Positions 42,450 through 52,939 of a stretch of DNA of 64,000 nucleotides are shown piece by piece. The stretch is taken from assembly GCA_918797485.1 (NCBI GenBank), contig CAKKNE010000001.1, forward strand, positions 4,650,001 to 4,714,000, written 5' to 3'. The position numbers were made by a program, and so were the translations under genes. The notes under the pieces were generated by a model that worked only from the letters and a program-made list of their open reading frames with translations, had not been told where the DNA came from and did not search any database. Each line of letters opens with the position of its first letter. Position 1 is the stretch's first letter. The DNA comes from Pelagomonas calceolata (lineage: Eukaryota).

Positions 42450-44162
42450 CTACTCGGGCACGCCGCCCTCGACAACAACCTCCGCCAGCGCCGCCCAGTC
42501 GAACTCCAAACTGCCACCTAGCGACGGCGGCAGACGCAGCGGATCAAAGTCCGCCAGCTTCGACAGCGACACGTTCACGCGGAGCCGGTCCTTCTGCCGC
42601 TTGGACAGACAGGCGCGGATAAACGACGCGACCGGCGACAACAGCGTCGGCAGGTTCACGGCGTAGATCATGCGCAGGCGGCAGGGGAAGTCGCCGACCA
42701 TGTCCGACCCGCGCCGCGCGTCCACCACCGACAGCTTCCGGAGCATCGACAGCGAGTAGCCCGAGCAGTCCGCCACCACCACCACTCCGCGGCGCACGGT
42801 CTCCTCGTCCCGCGTGATCCGTTCCAGCAACAAACATAGCGACTTCTGCAGAGCCTCGAGGTCCTTCGACTGCCGCAAAGCTCGGGCGTTGTAGACGACG
42901 ACGCGGCGGCCGCGGCGGTCCGTGCCCGGCAGCACCCAGTGCATGTCCGACCTTAACGCTTTGGCCACGCGGTCGTCGACGTCAAGCCGGTAGGCCCAGC
43001 CGTAGCGGTCGCGGAACGCGGCGAGCTTGGTCAGCTTCTTGGCCGCGTACTCGACGTTGCCGCGTTGGACAATCAGCGCCTGGCGCGCCCAGGCCTCCGC
43101 CGACGGATGTTTCGCGAAAGCTTCGGGCACGAGCGCGAGGCACTTGCGGACGTTGTCATGCGTCGGGTCGACGGCGATGCGGTCCTCGGGCCCGTCCAGT
43201 TCCTCTTCATCGACAGAAGCCGCGAGCCAGGAGCGCGCCCGCGCCAGTAGATTCGGCTTCTCGGGCGCGGCCGCCGCCTCGCCGAGCTCGCCAAAGGACC
43301 GGGGGTTGGGCCTCACCGAAGACTCGACCGGTGGCGTGACCTTCACGACGTCCTCCGTCCCGAGCTCGGCGAAGGACCGCGCGTTGCGTCTCACGGCCGG
43401 CTCCGCCTCGAGGGCCTTGGCCACGGCCGCGAGCGTTTTGAGCGTCTTGGGGTCCGGCGGCGGCCGCGCGGCGATCCAGCGGTCCAGGAGGAACGCTGAA
43501 ATCATTCCGACGGCCACGGCTCCCGTCAATCCGCCGCCCGCCAGCGCGCCCAGGATGCCGGCGACGGCGCCCGCCGACAGCGCGTAGAGCCGCGCGAGGC
43601 GGATGTAGCCCCGGAAGCCCAGCGTGAACGCGAACGACACCAGTAATGCTACAAACTGCACCGCCGCCACCGTTCTCAACGTCGCGACCTCGGCGTTCCA
43701 CGCGCACTCTTGAGCCGCGATACAGCGCAGCTGCCGGACCGCATCGAGGCCCACCCCACAAAAAATGGGCACGACGAAGACGAAGGTGTTCCCATTGTCG
43801 AAGGCCTTGGTTGGTGTTAGTTTCGCCGCGAGCAGCGCGCAGGCGACGCCATAGACGCGCGCGCCGAGCAGGTCGCAGGCCCAGGCCAGGCGCACATTCA
43901 CATAAAGCACGACGCCGATGGCGCGCTTATAGGCCTCGCGGTGCGGCGCGACGATGCCGCGCGCGATGACCGTTCTTTCGGGCGCGTGGCCCAGCAGCGC
44001 GTAGCTCCCGTAGGCCAGGCCCGTCGTGATGGGGATCGAGGCCATGATAAGGTACCGCGCGGTTTCCGTGCTGCAGCAGAGCGCGGCGCCGAGGAGCACG
44101 AGGCCGGCCGTGCCGAGAAGCCCGTGGGCCTTGAAGTCGAGGCGGCCGATTTTGATGCCCAT
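42450..44162 (-). CDS. Multi-pass membrane protein fused to a CRAL-TRIO domain
   Basis: Hydrophobic N-terminal half; DRRGRRVV, GVVVVADCSG, FPCRL, LPPSLGG. Confidence 0.78.
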   Translation of the reverse strand: MGIKIGRLDFKAHGLLGTAGLVLLGAALCCSTETARYLIMASIPITTGLAYGSYALLGHAPERTVIARGIVAPHREAYKRAIGVVLYVNVRLAWACDLLGARVYGVACALLAAKLTPTKAFDNGNTFVFVVPIFCGVGLDAVRQLRCIAAQECAWNAEVATLRTVAAVQFVALLVSFAFTLGFRGYIRLARLYALSAGAVAGILGALAGGGLTGAVAVGMISAFLLDRWIAARPPPDPKTLKTLAAVAKALEAEPAVRRNARSFAELGTEDVVKVTPPVESSVRPNPRSFGELGEAAAAPEKPNLLARARSWLAASVDEEELDGPEDRIAVDPTHDNVRKCLALVPEAFAKHPSAEAWARQALIVQRGNVEYAAKKLTKLAAFRDRYGWAYRLDVDDRVAKALRSDMHWVLPGTDRRGRRVVVYNARALRQSKDLEALQKSLCLLLERITRDEETVRRGVVVVADCSGYSLSMLRKLSVVDARRGSDMVGDFPCRLRMIYAVNLPTLLSPVASFIRACLSKRQKDRLRVNVSLSKLADFDPLRLPPSLGGSLEFDWAALAEVVVEGGVPE

Positions 44163-44407
44163 TGTCACTCCTGAGTGCTGAGCCCAGTTCTGGGCAGAGG
44201 AGCGGCGAGTCGACTAGGCAACGCAGCAGCAACTGCAGCAGCGACAGCGAGTCGTGTTGCACGACAGTACGCCGTCCGAGGTCGATTAATGCGGTCAGTG
44301 AGCCGCCAGCACTGCCACTCTGCTTGTCTCTTGCTTGGCAACCGGGCAAAGCGGCATGTGATTGGCAGTTGGACGCACCACTCTTACGCATGCGCGTATA
44401 TCCCCCC

Positions 44408-45271
44408 CTACAGCTCCGCGGCCACAGGCTTCTTTTTCTTCTTCCGTCGTCTCTTCTTCTTCGCGGGCGCGGCGGGCGGCTCGTCGTTGATACCCGCCAG
44501 GATATCTGCGATGCCTTGCCGCTTCGCCGCCGCCTCCACGGCGTCGCCGCGGCAGTCCTTGCGCGTTCCGGAGCAGAACGCCGCCCGGCCCGCGTCGCCC
44601 AACCCGCCGGCGAGCAAAAGCGCCATGATTTCGTCCTCGTGGTCCTCGACGGTTGTAGAACAGTAGTTGACGAGGCTCACGCGCAGCTCGTCCGTCGGCA
44701 GGCGGCCCAGTTGACGAGGCTTCGGCAATGCCTTGCCGGCCTCGAAGGCGGCGACGAGAGCTTTGTCCCTCACCCAGTACGCCCCCTGGGCGTTGTACCT
44801 AAAAACGTTGACGAACTCGCAGACGCGCTCGACGAGGCGTGCCGCGCGGACCTCGGAGGTCGCGTAGCTGTGCTTCGTACCCGTCTGCGCCCCACGCGAG
44901 TCGAGCCGCCCGCCCGCCAATACGTCGGTTCGGTCCTTGTCCATCTTCGGCTCGGCCTCGAGCACGCCCTCCATTGATCGCCACAAGACGAAACACGCGT
45001 CGCATTTATCGAGCGGCGGCAGCGGGTCGTCGTCGCCGAGGCCGTCGTTGCGGTTGATCTTCGGCATCGCCGGTTGCTTGATGATGTTCGGTTTGACGCT
45101 CAACGACGACAGGTCGATTCCAGGCGGGGGACCATCCATGTGGCGGACCTTCTCGGGTAATTTGTAGTCCTTCGGCGCAGCGGCGGCGTCGGGGAGGTCT
45201 TCTTCGAGCCCGTAGACTGCGGCGTCGGCGGCGGCCGCGAGGACCGAGATAATTAATGCAAGGCGGGGCAT
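44408..45271 (-). CDS. Canopy/saposin-like (DUF3456) ER protein
   Basis: Signal peptide; KCDAC, YATSEVR..VERVC, YC..VEDHEDEI, FC...C; ends AAEL. Confidence 0.7.
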   Translation of the reverse strand: MPRLALIISVLAAAADAAVYGLEEDLPDAAAAPKDYKLPEKVRHMDGPPPGIDLSSLSVKPNIIKQPAMPKINRNDGLGDDDPLPPLDKCDACFVLWRSMEGVLEAEPKMDKDRTDVLAGGRLDSRGAQTGTKHSYATSEVRAARLVERVCEFVNVFRYNAQGAYWVRDKALVAAFEAGKALPKPRQLGRLPTDELRVSLVNYCSTTVEDHEDEIMALLLAGGLGDAGRAAFCSGTRKDCRGDAVEAAAKRQGIADILAGINDEPPAAPAKKKRRRKKKKKPVAAEL

Positions 45272-45554
45272 TTCGGGGAGAATTTAATCACGTACGCTCG
45301 ACTATGCAATGCTACGCCGCTGTCGGGCCGTGGCTAAAGTTGGCCTTAAAAATGCTCAGTCTGGGCTCAGTGAGCGGTTTTGAGCAGAATTTCGCTCTCG
45401 CACCACAATTTGCCGTCACAGGGACTCTACGAGCTTGCAAAAAAGCGCGCGCGGTCGCCGCGCGAGAGCGATAAAAACGGGTTCCCAAACTGGCCAGAGC
45501 TTTTTTGGCCATCCATTTGCTCTTACAACGCACAGTACGACACCAAAAGAAGCA

Positions 45555-46268
45555 ATGTACAACACCATACCAGAGACGACGCCCCAGGAGGAGCCGCGCC
45601 AGCCCAGGAAGGCCCTCGGAATGATCGTCGCGGTCTCTCTCCTCCTCGGTGCCAGCACGGCGACGATCTACGCCAAGGCCGGAGTCGCGGCGAGCCTCGA
45701 GGTCACTCCAGGGGCTACTTACACCAAGGAGTGGACCTGCTCCGCGCCCTACGTCGACACTGCCGTTTACGGCCAGTCGAGCGGACCGCTGTCCACCGCG
45801 GGGCTGACCGTCACGCTACAAGGGGTCGAACTCACTGAGACCGGAGAGACTTCTTTCGAGTTCGGACGGTACGAACACGTTACCGCCGAGTTGGTACCCA
45901 GCGCTGGTGTGACGGTGTCCGACTGGGCGTTCGGGGGACTCATAGGCGACGTCTCGGCCGAGGGCGACCGGGCCCTTCCTGGCGATGCTGGAGTTCAGGT
46001 CTCCTGCACCGGTTTGTCGGGGATCGCAGGGCCAGTCGTCAACAAGGAGACGGGAGGCACGCCGGCCACGGCAATTTACGTTGCCTATGGCTACACCTAT
46101 GGCGAGACGGGGCAAATCATTGTCACGGCGTTCGTCGGCGACAAGTACTACCAGAGCACGTTCCAAGTTCACGTCGTGACCAAGGGCATCAATCACGACG
46201 GCGCGATGGCGCGCTCCGTCGGCGTCGCCGCGCTGGCCGGCACCATGGCGGTCCTTCTGATGGTGTGA
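45555..46268 (+). CDS. Hypothetical membrane/secreted protein
   Basis: N-terminal TM helix and C-terminal hydrophobic (GPI-like) tail. Confidence 0.6.
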   Translation: MYNTIPETTPQEEPRQPRKALGMIVAVSLLLGASTATIYAKAGVAASLEVTPGATYTKEWTCSAPYVDTAVYGQSSGPLSTAGLTVTLQGVELTETGETSFEFGRYEHVTAELVPSAGVTVSDWAFGGLIGDVSAEGDRALPGDAGVQVSCTGLSGIAGPVVNKETGGTPATAIYVAYGYTYGETGQIIVTAFVGDKYYQSTFQVHVVTKGINHDGAMARSVGVAALAGTMAVLLMV

Positions 46269-46406
46269 GTCGTGCCTGATACAAGACCGGGCCACGAAGG
46301 GCCCCTTTCGTGTGAACATAAGATATACAAGATATGTCACACGGGTCTCTAGGCCCCGCCCAAGCGCGAGCGCCTAGTGAGACCACTGACTAACAAAACA
46401 ACCTCC

Positions 46407-49400
46407 TTACATCCAAGCCCCCCGCAACATTCGCCGCGCCGCGTCATCCGTCGCCGCGTCGTCGGCCGCGACCGTATCGTCCACCTCGACATCATCATCA
46501 CCACCGACCAGACCGAAAGCCTCGAGCTCCGTGTAGATGTTCACGTAGTACATGCCCAGGTAGAACCAGAGCACGAAGAAGACGCATAAACAAAAACAGC
46601 AGCAGAAGATCATGACGCACCGCGGCCCGAAGAGCTCCTGGAGCACGGCGAAGGGGTTCGTCGACAGGGCCATGCGGCCCGTTCTTGGTGGCAGCGTGGG
46701 GTTCTGGTTCGGCTCGGAGATGCCCGCGCCCGCCGGTCGATTGTCGGCGTCCTCCTTGGGCAGGATCTCCACGGATATCGCGATGGAGCCCCGCGCGACG
46801 ACCCTATGTCGTTTCTGGTCCTTGTAGGTCAGCCGCAGCCACTGCGCCGTCTCGTCGAGCGGCCCGATGCCCGCCATCGTTTTGAGTTGCTCGACGAAGT
46901 AATGCGCGTCCCGGTCGGCCATCTCCTGCTTGTCCGGCGGCGGCGGCGGCTCGGACGCCTCGCTCTTCTCGTCCTTGTCCTTCTTTTTCTTCTTCTTCTT
47001 TTTGCTCGACGCGGACTTCTCATCGTCATTATCTGGTGAGGGCTCCTCCTTCGTCTCCTCGCCGTCGTCGCCGCCGTCACCCTCGCCGTCGCCCTCGTCC
47101 TCATCGGACTCCTCGTCCCCGGAACTCCCGTCGGACGACTCCAGGTCGCTCTCGTTCGCGAGCCCCGCCTCTTCCGCCCTTTTCCGTCGTAAAGCATCGT
47201 TGATCTCCTTGAAAACATTCACGGACCGATTCTCCCGGTAGGCCTTCAATAACCAGCGATATAAATCCAGTTGCGTCTGGCCCACCACATCATTCCACTT
47301 GACGACATCTTTATCCCACAGCAGCACCGACAGCCGGCCCATCTCCGGCGAAGCCAGAGGCAATGTAATGGGCATCTTGATGCGCCAGTTCCACGACGCT
47401 CGTCCCGACCGACAGCGCCAGTGGATATCCGTCGAACGTTTACGATCAGAAGCCCCAAGCTCAAATTCTGCATAGAAATCCCCGCACTCGAACGGGACTT
47501 CTTTGGTCTTCCAGCAGATGATGCGCACCTCGAACTCTTGGGGCTCTGGTGCACTGAGTTCCACGGGAGCTTCCCGTTGCACTTCTCTTTCAGGCCTAAT
47601 CTCGACCCACATGTGGAGTTGACCTCGAGCTACTCTAGAACCCTCCTTCCGCAGAGCTCGGATCTCGATGGGCTTGAGTTTATTCTTCGAGTTGCCTTCC
47701 TTCTCATCCAATTGCTGCCACTGTTTGTGGAACCACCGATCCTCCAAATCTATCTTCGTCTCGCCGAGCAGCTCGTGGACCGGCTTGAAGCGAGAGTAGT
47801 CCTTCAATTGAATTTTGAGCTCCGCGGGACCTGGTAGCGTCGTCCGGAACTCAAAGGTCTCGTAGATGTCCGGCTTGAGGGTCTTCTTCTTGTGCTCCCG
47901 CGTCTCCGTATCTTTGCCGAGCTTCACGCGAACGTAGGGGTCGCACGACGTGCCCGCGACCGGTTGGAGGTTGGCTCCCCGAATACAATACACGCGAATA
48001 GCATAAATCTGAGGTTGTAAAAGAGCCATGGGGAAGAAGGGCTCGTTCTCGAACTGCGGGTCCTCGTCCAGGACGCGTATGATGGCCTTGACGTGTCCTA
48101 CTTCTCTGAGAGTACTCTTGGCGGGATTGGGGTGCCTTTTACCTCTGTAAACCGGATAGGTCTCGAAGGGCCGCGTTTTTAAGTACCTTTCGAGCTCTAA
48201 CCCACCCTGCGCGACCCACCACTCCCGCCCCGCAAGGTAGTCGGCCGCGGCCCACTGCGACGGGAACGTTATCGGTAGCTCGCTGAGTTTGTAATCCACA
48301 TGCGTGTCCAGACCCGTGTCGACCGATGAAAAGCGCGCCCCGAGCATCGACAACAGACCGCCCTTGTTTTCCGATTCATGTTGTTCGTGCTCGATCTCTT
48401 CCGCGATGCGTTCTTGTTCTTCTTTGTAAGTGACATCCTCGTGGATCTCGGGCAGGGCCTGGTCTATGAGCGAATCGAAGGCGCCCACACCACTATCCTG
48501 GTAGTTGTCTCCCACAACCGCGCTTTCTCTTCTTGCTAGCTCGTGGTGTTCAATCGACTCACCATCACTCGAATCCTCGTCGTCGTTATCCCCATCACCC
48601 GCCCCGAACGACACGCCGACCGCGCCACTGTCATCGGCGAACTCGTCTTCAGCATCCTCCTGCGCTTCGAGCAACGCCGCTTCCGCCGCCTTCTTCTTCT
48701 CGGCCTCGGCTTCTCTTTGGCGCTGTTCCGCGTCGTCAAATAACTCCGACTGCGGCGCGACGTATTCTTGTGGATTCCAAGGTAATTTGTGGGACAGATC
48801 GACGGACGTAGCTCCCAACAAGGTATCAGACGTATACCCGGCGTTGTACACTCTCAGATCGAGCTGGGGACCGAATCGAGCTTGTTCGGCCATTTCCACG
48901 CACATGACTCTACGATAGATAAAATTGGCGTTCCTCGCGTTCGGTTTTGATGAAGATAGTGTCCTAAATTCGCCGCCCCCGTCGCCAGGGCCTGGGACCG
49001 CAACTCTAACGTAAGGTGCCGACGGCGTTTGCAGGTTGTAGGTCTTCAACTGGCGTACACCTAGGACCGTGACCTCGACCCAAGCTTGCCTCATTGCTGG
49101 AGTAATGGGTTCCGGTCTGGCCGTTTTTTCTTTGGTGGAGTGTTTCCGGATGCGAGCCCCGCAACACAGCAACTCACCGCCGCAGGGCTCACCACTTACA
49201 TCAGATAAGGGCCGCCACGTCGGCTCCGGGGGCCTTGCCGCTTCCGAGGATAACTCCTCCAGTTCACTCATGGGCATCCTCAGCAACGCCATATGGGTAT
49301 TGGTACCCATCCTATCGGCGTCCCAGACCTGGAGGACGACGTCGGGACCATAGAGCGGATCCTCAGGTAATTCCTCGCTAAATTGCAATGTCTCATAAAA

Positions 49401-52259
49401 CAAGGGACTAGTGGTCATGTCGTGCTTTTTTGTTTTTTGTTTATTCCCACAAAATCGAACTTTCACGTAGGGATCTAGTAGACCATTTTCATCGGACGCC
49501 GGTAGGTGCCTCGCTTGGTAGATATATACGCGTATCGCATAGGGCTTCTTTGTGGTAGCTTCTTTAAGTAACAATTGCTCGTTCCAACTAAATTCAGGAC
49601 AGATCGCATCTTCACTTAAGCCCAAGCCTAGCTTAAGTAATACCGCCCCGGGGTTGTTCTCGAGGTCGACGCCGCCCATCCTCTTGGTCCGACATTTATC
49701 CGGTATGAGTTGGATCCACCTCGGGTCGCCCCGAAATTGCTCCTTGAGCAAAGCGGCCGCCGGCACGCGCGCGTAACACACGGTCATAATCCGCGGCGGC
49801 CCCCGCTGCAGGTAGATACATACATCTGGTAACTCCTCCAATAGCACAGGTAGTTCAACATTTTTGAGTTGTTGCAATTCATGGAATTCCACCAATCCTC
49901 GTTCATTCTTCCGGAACCCGAAGATGAGCTGGTGTCTTCCAATAGAGACGACGAGACGCATCTGCGCCGTTCCACCTTTTACAACAGAAGGACTCCGGAA
50001 GGCGGGGATCTCCGACCCGAGCACGGCGAGGCATCGCAGGTGGTATTTCACTCTTGACGGTTTCAAACCAGGTAAGGCCCGGTGCCGGAAGGCTCGCGTA
50101 TGTGCTACCGTCTTCGCGCCCTTCGGGGGCCGCTCCAACACCTCACAAGATAACAATACTCTCCCTCGATACGTCGACGCCTCGTCCCCGAAACGATTCT
50201 GCAAGGCGCCTCGCTTACCCTGTATACCTAATGGAGCCCCGTACAGGTTGTGCCACCGCGGCCGCGGGCCGGCATATTTCTGCATCGTGAGCATCGAGAA
50301 TTTCACCCGTCGATTATCTCTCTTGATCTCCGCATAAGGTAGATGTAAATGAGCTACTGCTCTGTCACGTGACCAAGAGTTGTAGTCCCACAGGCCTACT
50401 GTGACGGTCGACGCGTCTGTAGGTTCGGTCACTGGTAGCCACAGCTCCTCCCGGAATTCGGGCGCGAGGTTACCTTTACCGGAGACAGACACGGAACAAG
50501 TTCTGGCGTGGATCCCACAAAATTCACAACGCACGTAGGCTTCAATACCACCTGATGAAAAGTAACCGGACGCGTCCATTTGGGGTAAATCTTCGGCCTC
50601 CCACACGTAGACCACCAAAAACCTCAGTTTGCCCTCCACATCTTCCGGTCCACTCACGCCCATGCCGCCCGCATCACCACTTTCCTGTTCTCGCTCGATC
50701 TCTTCTTGGTACTCGCGGTCGACATCATGAGCTTTTTGTTCGTCTCCCGGTCCGAGTACAGTAACAGAAACTTTGACGTAGCCCTGGTACCCGTTATCAT
50801 CTGCATTTTTGTTATCCACGATGCCGCACCACTTCCGGTAGATCTCGTGACCCTCTTGCGCGTGGACGTATCCACACGTAAAGGACGTCACACCTATCAA
50901 TGCATGACTACCGATCGCATCATAATCCAATATGCTAATGTCGACACACGCTTCGGCGATCTTGTTCGGCTTCATATCCCGGAAATTGAAATACAACACT
51001 TCATCGAAGACACAACTGGTACATTTCTTGATGACGCGCGTCTTCCTCACTCGATCCAGCACCTTGACGCGCGCGTAGGGATCACTTAAACCATTCAAGT
51101 CTTCCGCTTTCAGCTCCCGACACTCAATGACGTGCACTTGCACCTGATAGTCGCCCGGCTCGAGCCGATCCGCTAACCGCTGATTTAATTCATCGACCGC
51201 TCGATCGGCCATCATCACGCCCGCATCCCTACGCTCATTCACCTCCTCCTGCTCTTTGGAGGTTAATTTCAGGGGTACCATATCTTCTGTATCCTCGAGC
51301 ATCCAGGCGTCCTCGTCCGTCGGTTTGTCGTCTTCATCAATACGCGGTTCCTGTTTCTTGCGCGCAAACACGTTCCCTGCGGCTGCGAGGACATCCGCCG
51401 CGCCCGCGAGTAAACGAGCGGCGGATCTAGCGTATTTTCTGTCATAAACCCACGCGAGCGATACTTCTACTTGGCCCCGCTCCTCGCCACCGACAGAGCC
51501 CCCAGCACCTACTAACCGGAACCACCTTTGTAAGCCAATATCCCCATGCGCCGCAACTTCCACCATGGGTACGGCACATTCCCCGATGAGCTTCGTACTT
51601 AACACTCCTTTATCTTTGAGTTTTATCAGGACTTCTTTGGTCCCATCAGATACGGGTACCTTGAAGTCGTGGTCGAACAGCGGACCTTTTGTACGCTTTA
51701 TCACTTGGGATCGAGCCTTCTTGCCGTCGCAAGATATCGAGCAATACACATCAGCGGTCTTCTGTAAGCCCCTCGCTCTTTTGAAGGTACCCACGAGCAT
51801 GTTGGGCTTGGCCCCGACATCCTCGTCGTCGGAAGCGTCGTCGTCCAGCAGATCCGTATCGCCCACGAAGTAGGACAATTCTACTCGTAAACTACCTGAA
51901 CATTCATTGGTCTGGCCCGGGACCGGCGTCAATTCGATGCGATCGTCCTGCTCGATGCCCGGTGACAATACAACGGTCCTCAGATACACGATGGCCTGCC
52001 CGAGCGGCACATCAGACCCCCCTCCGAGGTTCTTGTGCCACACAGACAACACGACGTGATCGACGTCGTTCTCGGCCACGTCCAGGAAGATCATGCGCTG
52101 CGTCGTCCACTCGGGATTCTGGCTACTATTCACGACGTGCGTCTGCTCCGCCTCGCCGCCGCACTTCACGAGCACGAACGGATTGCAGTCGCCTCCTTCT
52201 ACTTCGGGCAGGTCCCGCGCGCTCACCACCCTCAATTCTAATCGGTCGTCGACGTCCAT
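46407..52259 (-). CDS. Ferlin-family multi-C2-domain tail-anchored protein
   Basis: 1950 aa; several C2 domains; TKIDLEDRW, STDIHWR..G.ASWNWR, RPAGAG..EPNQNPTLPP; C-terminal TM. Confidence 0.92.
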   Translation of the reverse strand: MDVDDRLELRVVSARDLPEVEGGDCNPFVLVKCGGEAEQTHVVNSSQNPEWTTQRMIFLDVAENDVDHVVLSVWHKNLGGGSDVPLGQAIVYLRTVVLSPGIEQDDRIELTPVPGQTNECSGSLRVELSYFVGDTDLLDDDASDDEDVGAKPNMLVGTFKRARGLQKTADVYCSISCDGKKARSQVIKRTKGPLFDHDFKVPVSDGTKEVLIKLKDKGVLSTKLIGECAVPMVEVAAHGDIGLQRWFRLVGAGGSVGGEERGQVEVSLAWVYDRKYARSAARLLAGAADVLAAAGNVFARKKQEPRIDEDDKPTDEDAWMLEDTEDMVPLKLTSKEQEEVNERRDAGVMMADRAVDELNQRLADRLEPGDYQVQVHVIECRELKAEDLNGLSDPYARVKVLDRVRKTRVIKKCTSCVFDEVLYFNFRDMKPNKIAEACVDISILDYDAIGSHALIGVTSFTCGYVHAQEGHEIYRKWCGIVDNKNADDNGYQGYVKVSVTVLGPGDEQKAHDVDREYQEEIEREQESGDAGGMGVSGPEDVEGKLRFLVVYVWEAEDLPQMDASGYFSSGGIEAYVRCEFCGIHARTCSVSVSGKGNLAPEFREELWLPVTEPTDASTVTVGLWDYNSWSRDRAVAHLHLPYAEIKRDNRRVKFSMLTMQKYAGPRPRWHNLYGAPLGIQGKRGALQNRFGDEASTYRGRVLLSCEVLERPPKGAKTVAHTRAFRHRALPGLKPSRVKYHLRCLAVLGSEIPAFRSPSVVKGGTAQMRLVVSIGRHQLIFGFRKNERGLVEFHELQQLKNVELPVLLEELPDVCIYLQRGPPRIMTVCYARVPAAALLKEQFRGDPRWIQLIPDKCRTKRMGGVDLENNPGAVLLKLGLGLSEDAICPEFSWNEQLLLKEATTKKPYAIRVYIYQARHLPASDENGLLDPYVKVRFCGNKQKTKKHDMTTSPLFYETLQFSEELPEDPLYGPDVVLQVWDADRMGTNTHMALLRMPMSELEELSSEAARPPEPTWRPLSDVSGEPCGGELLCCGARIRKHSTKEKTARPEPITPAMRQAWVEVTVLGVRQLKTYNLQTPSAPYVRVAVPGPGDGGGEFRTLSSSKPNARNANFIYRRVMCVEMAEQARFGPQLDLRVYNAGYTSDTLLGATSVDLSHKLPWNPQEYVAPQSELFDDAEQRQREAEAEKKKAAEAALLEAQEDAEDEFADDSGAVGVSFGAGDGDNDDEDSSDGESIEHHELARRESAVVGDNYQDSGVGAFDSLIDQALPEIHEDVTYKEEQERIAEEIEHEQHESENKGGLLSMLGARFSSVDTGLDTHVDYKLSELPITFPSQWAAADYLAGREWWVAQGGLELERYLKTRPFETYPVYRGKRHPNPAKSTLREVGHVKAIIRVLDEDPQFENEPFFPMALLQPQIYAIRVYCIRGANLQPVAGTSCDPYVRVKLGKDTETREHKKKTLKPDIYETFEFRTTLPGPAELKIQLKDYSRFKPVHELLGETKIDLEDRWFHKQWQQLDEKEGNSKNKLKPIEIRALRKEGSRVARGQLHMWVEIRPEREVQREAPVELSAPEPQEFEVRIICWKTKEVPFECGDFYAEFELGASDRKRSTDIHWRCRSGRASWNWRIKMPITLPLASPEMGRLSVLLWDKDVVKWNDVVGQTQLDLYRWLLKAYRENRSVNVFKEINDALRRKRAEEAGLANESDLESSDGSSGDEESDEDEGDGEGDGGDDGEETKEEPSPDNDDEKSASSKKKKKKKKDKDEKSEASEPPPPPDKQEMADRDAHYFVEQLKTMAGIGPLDETAQWLRLTYKDQKRHRVVARGSIAISVEILPKEDADNRPAGAGISEPNQNPTLPPRTGRMALSTNPFAVLQELFGPRCVMIFCCCFCLCVFFVLWFYLGMYYVNIYTELEAFGLVGGDDDVEVDDTVAADDAATDDAARRMLRGAWM

Positions 52260-52939
52260 GCTTCACTGATATGGTTGGGCTCGCAGCGCTGCTCGCTCCG
52301 GTTTGATGAATGGCTCGCGCGCACGCGTCTCTGGGTAGAGCCCAGGCAGCCCAGGCTGGGCCAGGGCAGCCCCAGACGCAGACGACGATTGGTCCTCCTG
52401 TGCTGATGGATCAGGAGGAGCGCCCCGCGCGCGTCGGCGTCCTGTGCACGGGCCCGACGCGTCTTTTGCGGCCGGCCTGGAGAGGATGCCACTGGAGACG
52501 AAATGCGGGCTTCGAACCCCGCACCCTACCACACGGGGGTGCTGCAACCCATGGGTTCTCGCCGCGAGGCGTTGACACCAGCGGCACGAGAGATGTTACC
52601 ATTGCTAGTGCCTCACAGGCCGCTAGCTCGACTTGCTGGCTTGCGTGCTTTTGTTACGCGTCTGTTCTCTGCCCGCGCACCCAAGCGCTGTTCACAGCAC
52701 GCCTGAACCGTATCCAATAAGCGGCGGCAGTCCGAGCCGCCAAGCTGTAGCTCTCTGTCAGCTGCAGCCACCACAGCACTCACAACACAATCGCAGCGGC
52801 GCCCGCGAGCGACGACCCCACCACCACCGCGCCAGGAAGCCCGAGAAGCCGCCGAACATCCACAGTAGAAGCCATTGAGGAGACACCGCTCCTACAAACA
52901 CCGCCGCGGCGCCGCCGCAGCAGCGGCACGCTGCTGACG

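Noticed and set aside
45312..45360. NFSHG motif on the minus strand as the missing pyruvate kinase exon
   Set aside because: Followed quickly by a stop, no other PK residues, and two genes lie between it and PK; likely chance.
52505..52525. T-arm-like hairpin GCGGG-CTTCGAAC-CCCGC
   Set aside because: 8-nt loop, and no acceptor, D or anticodon arm or T-run could be assembled.
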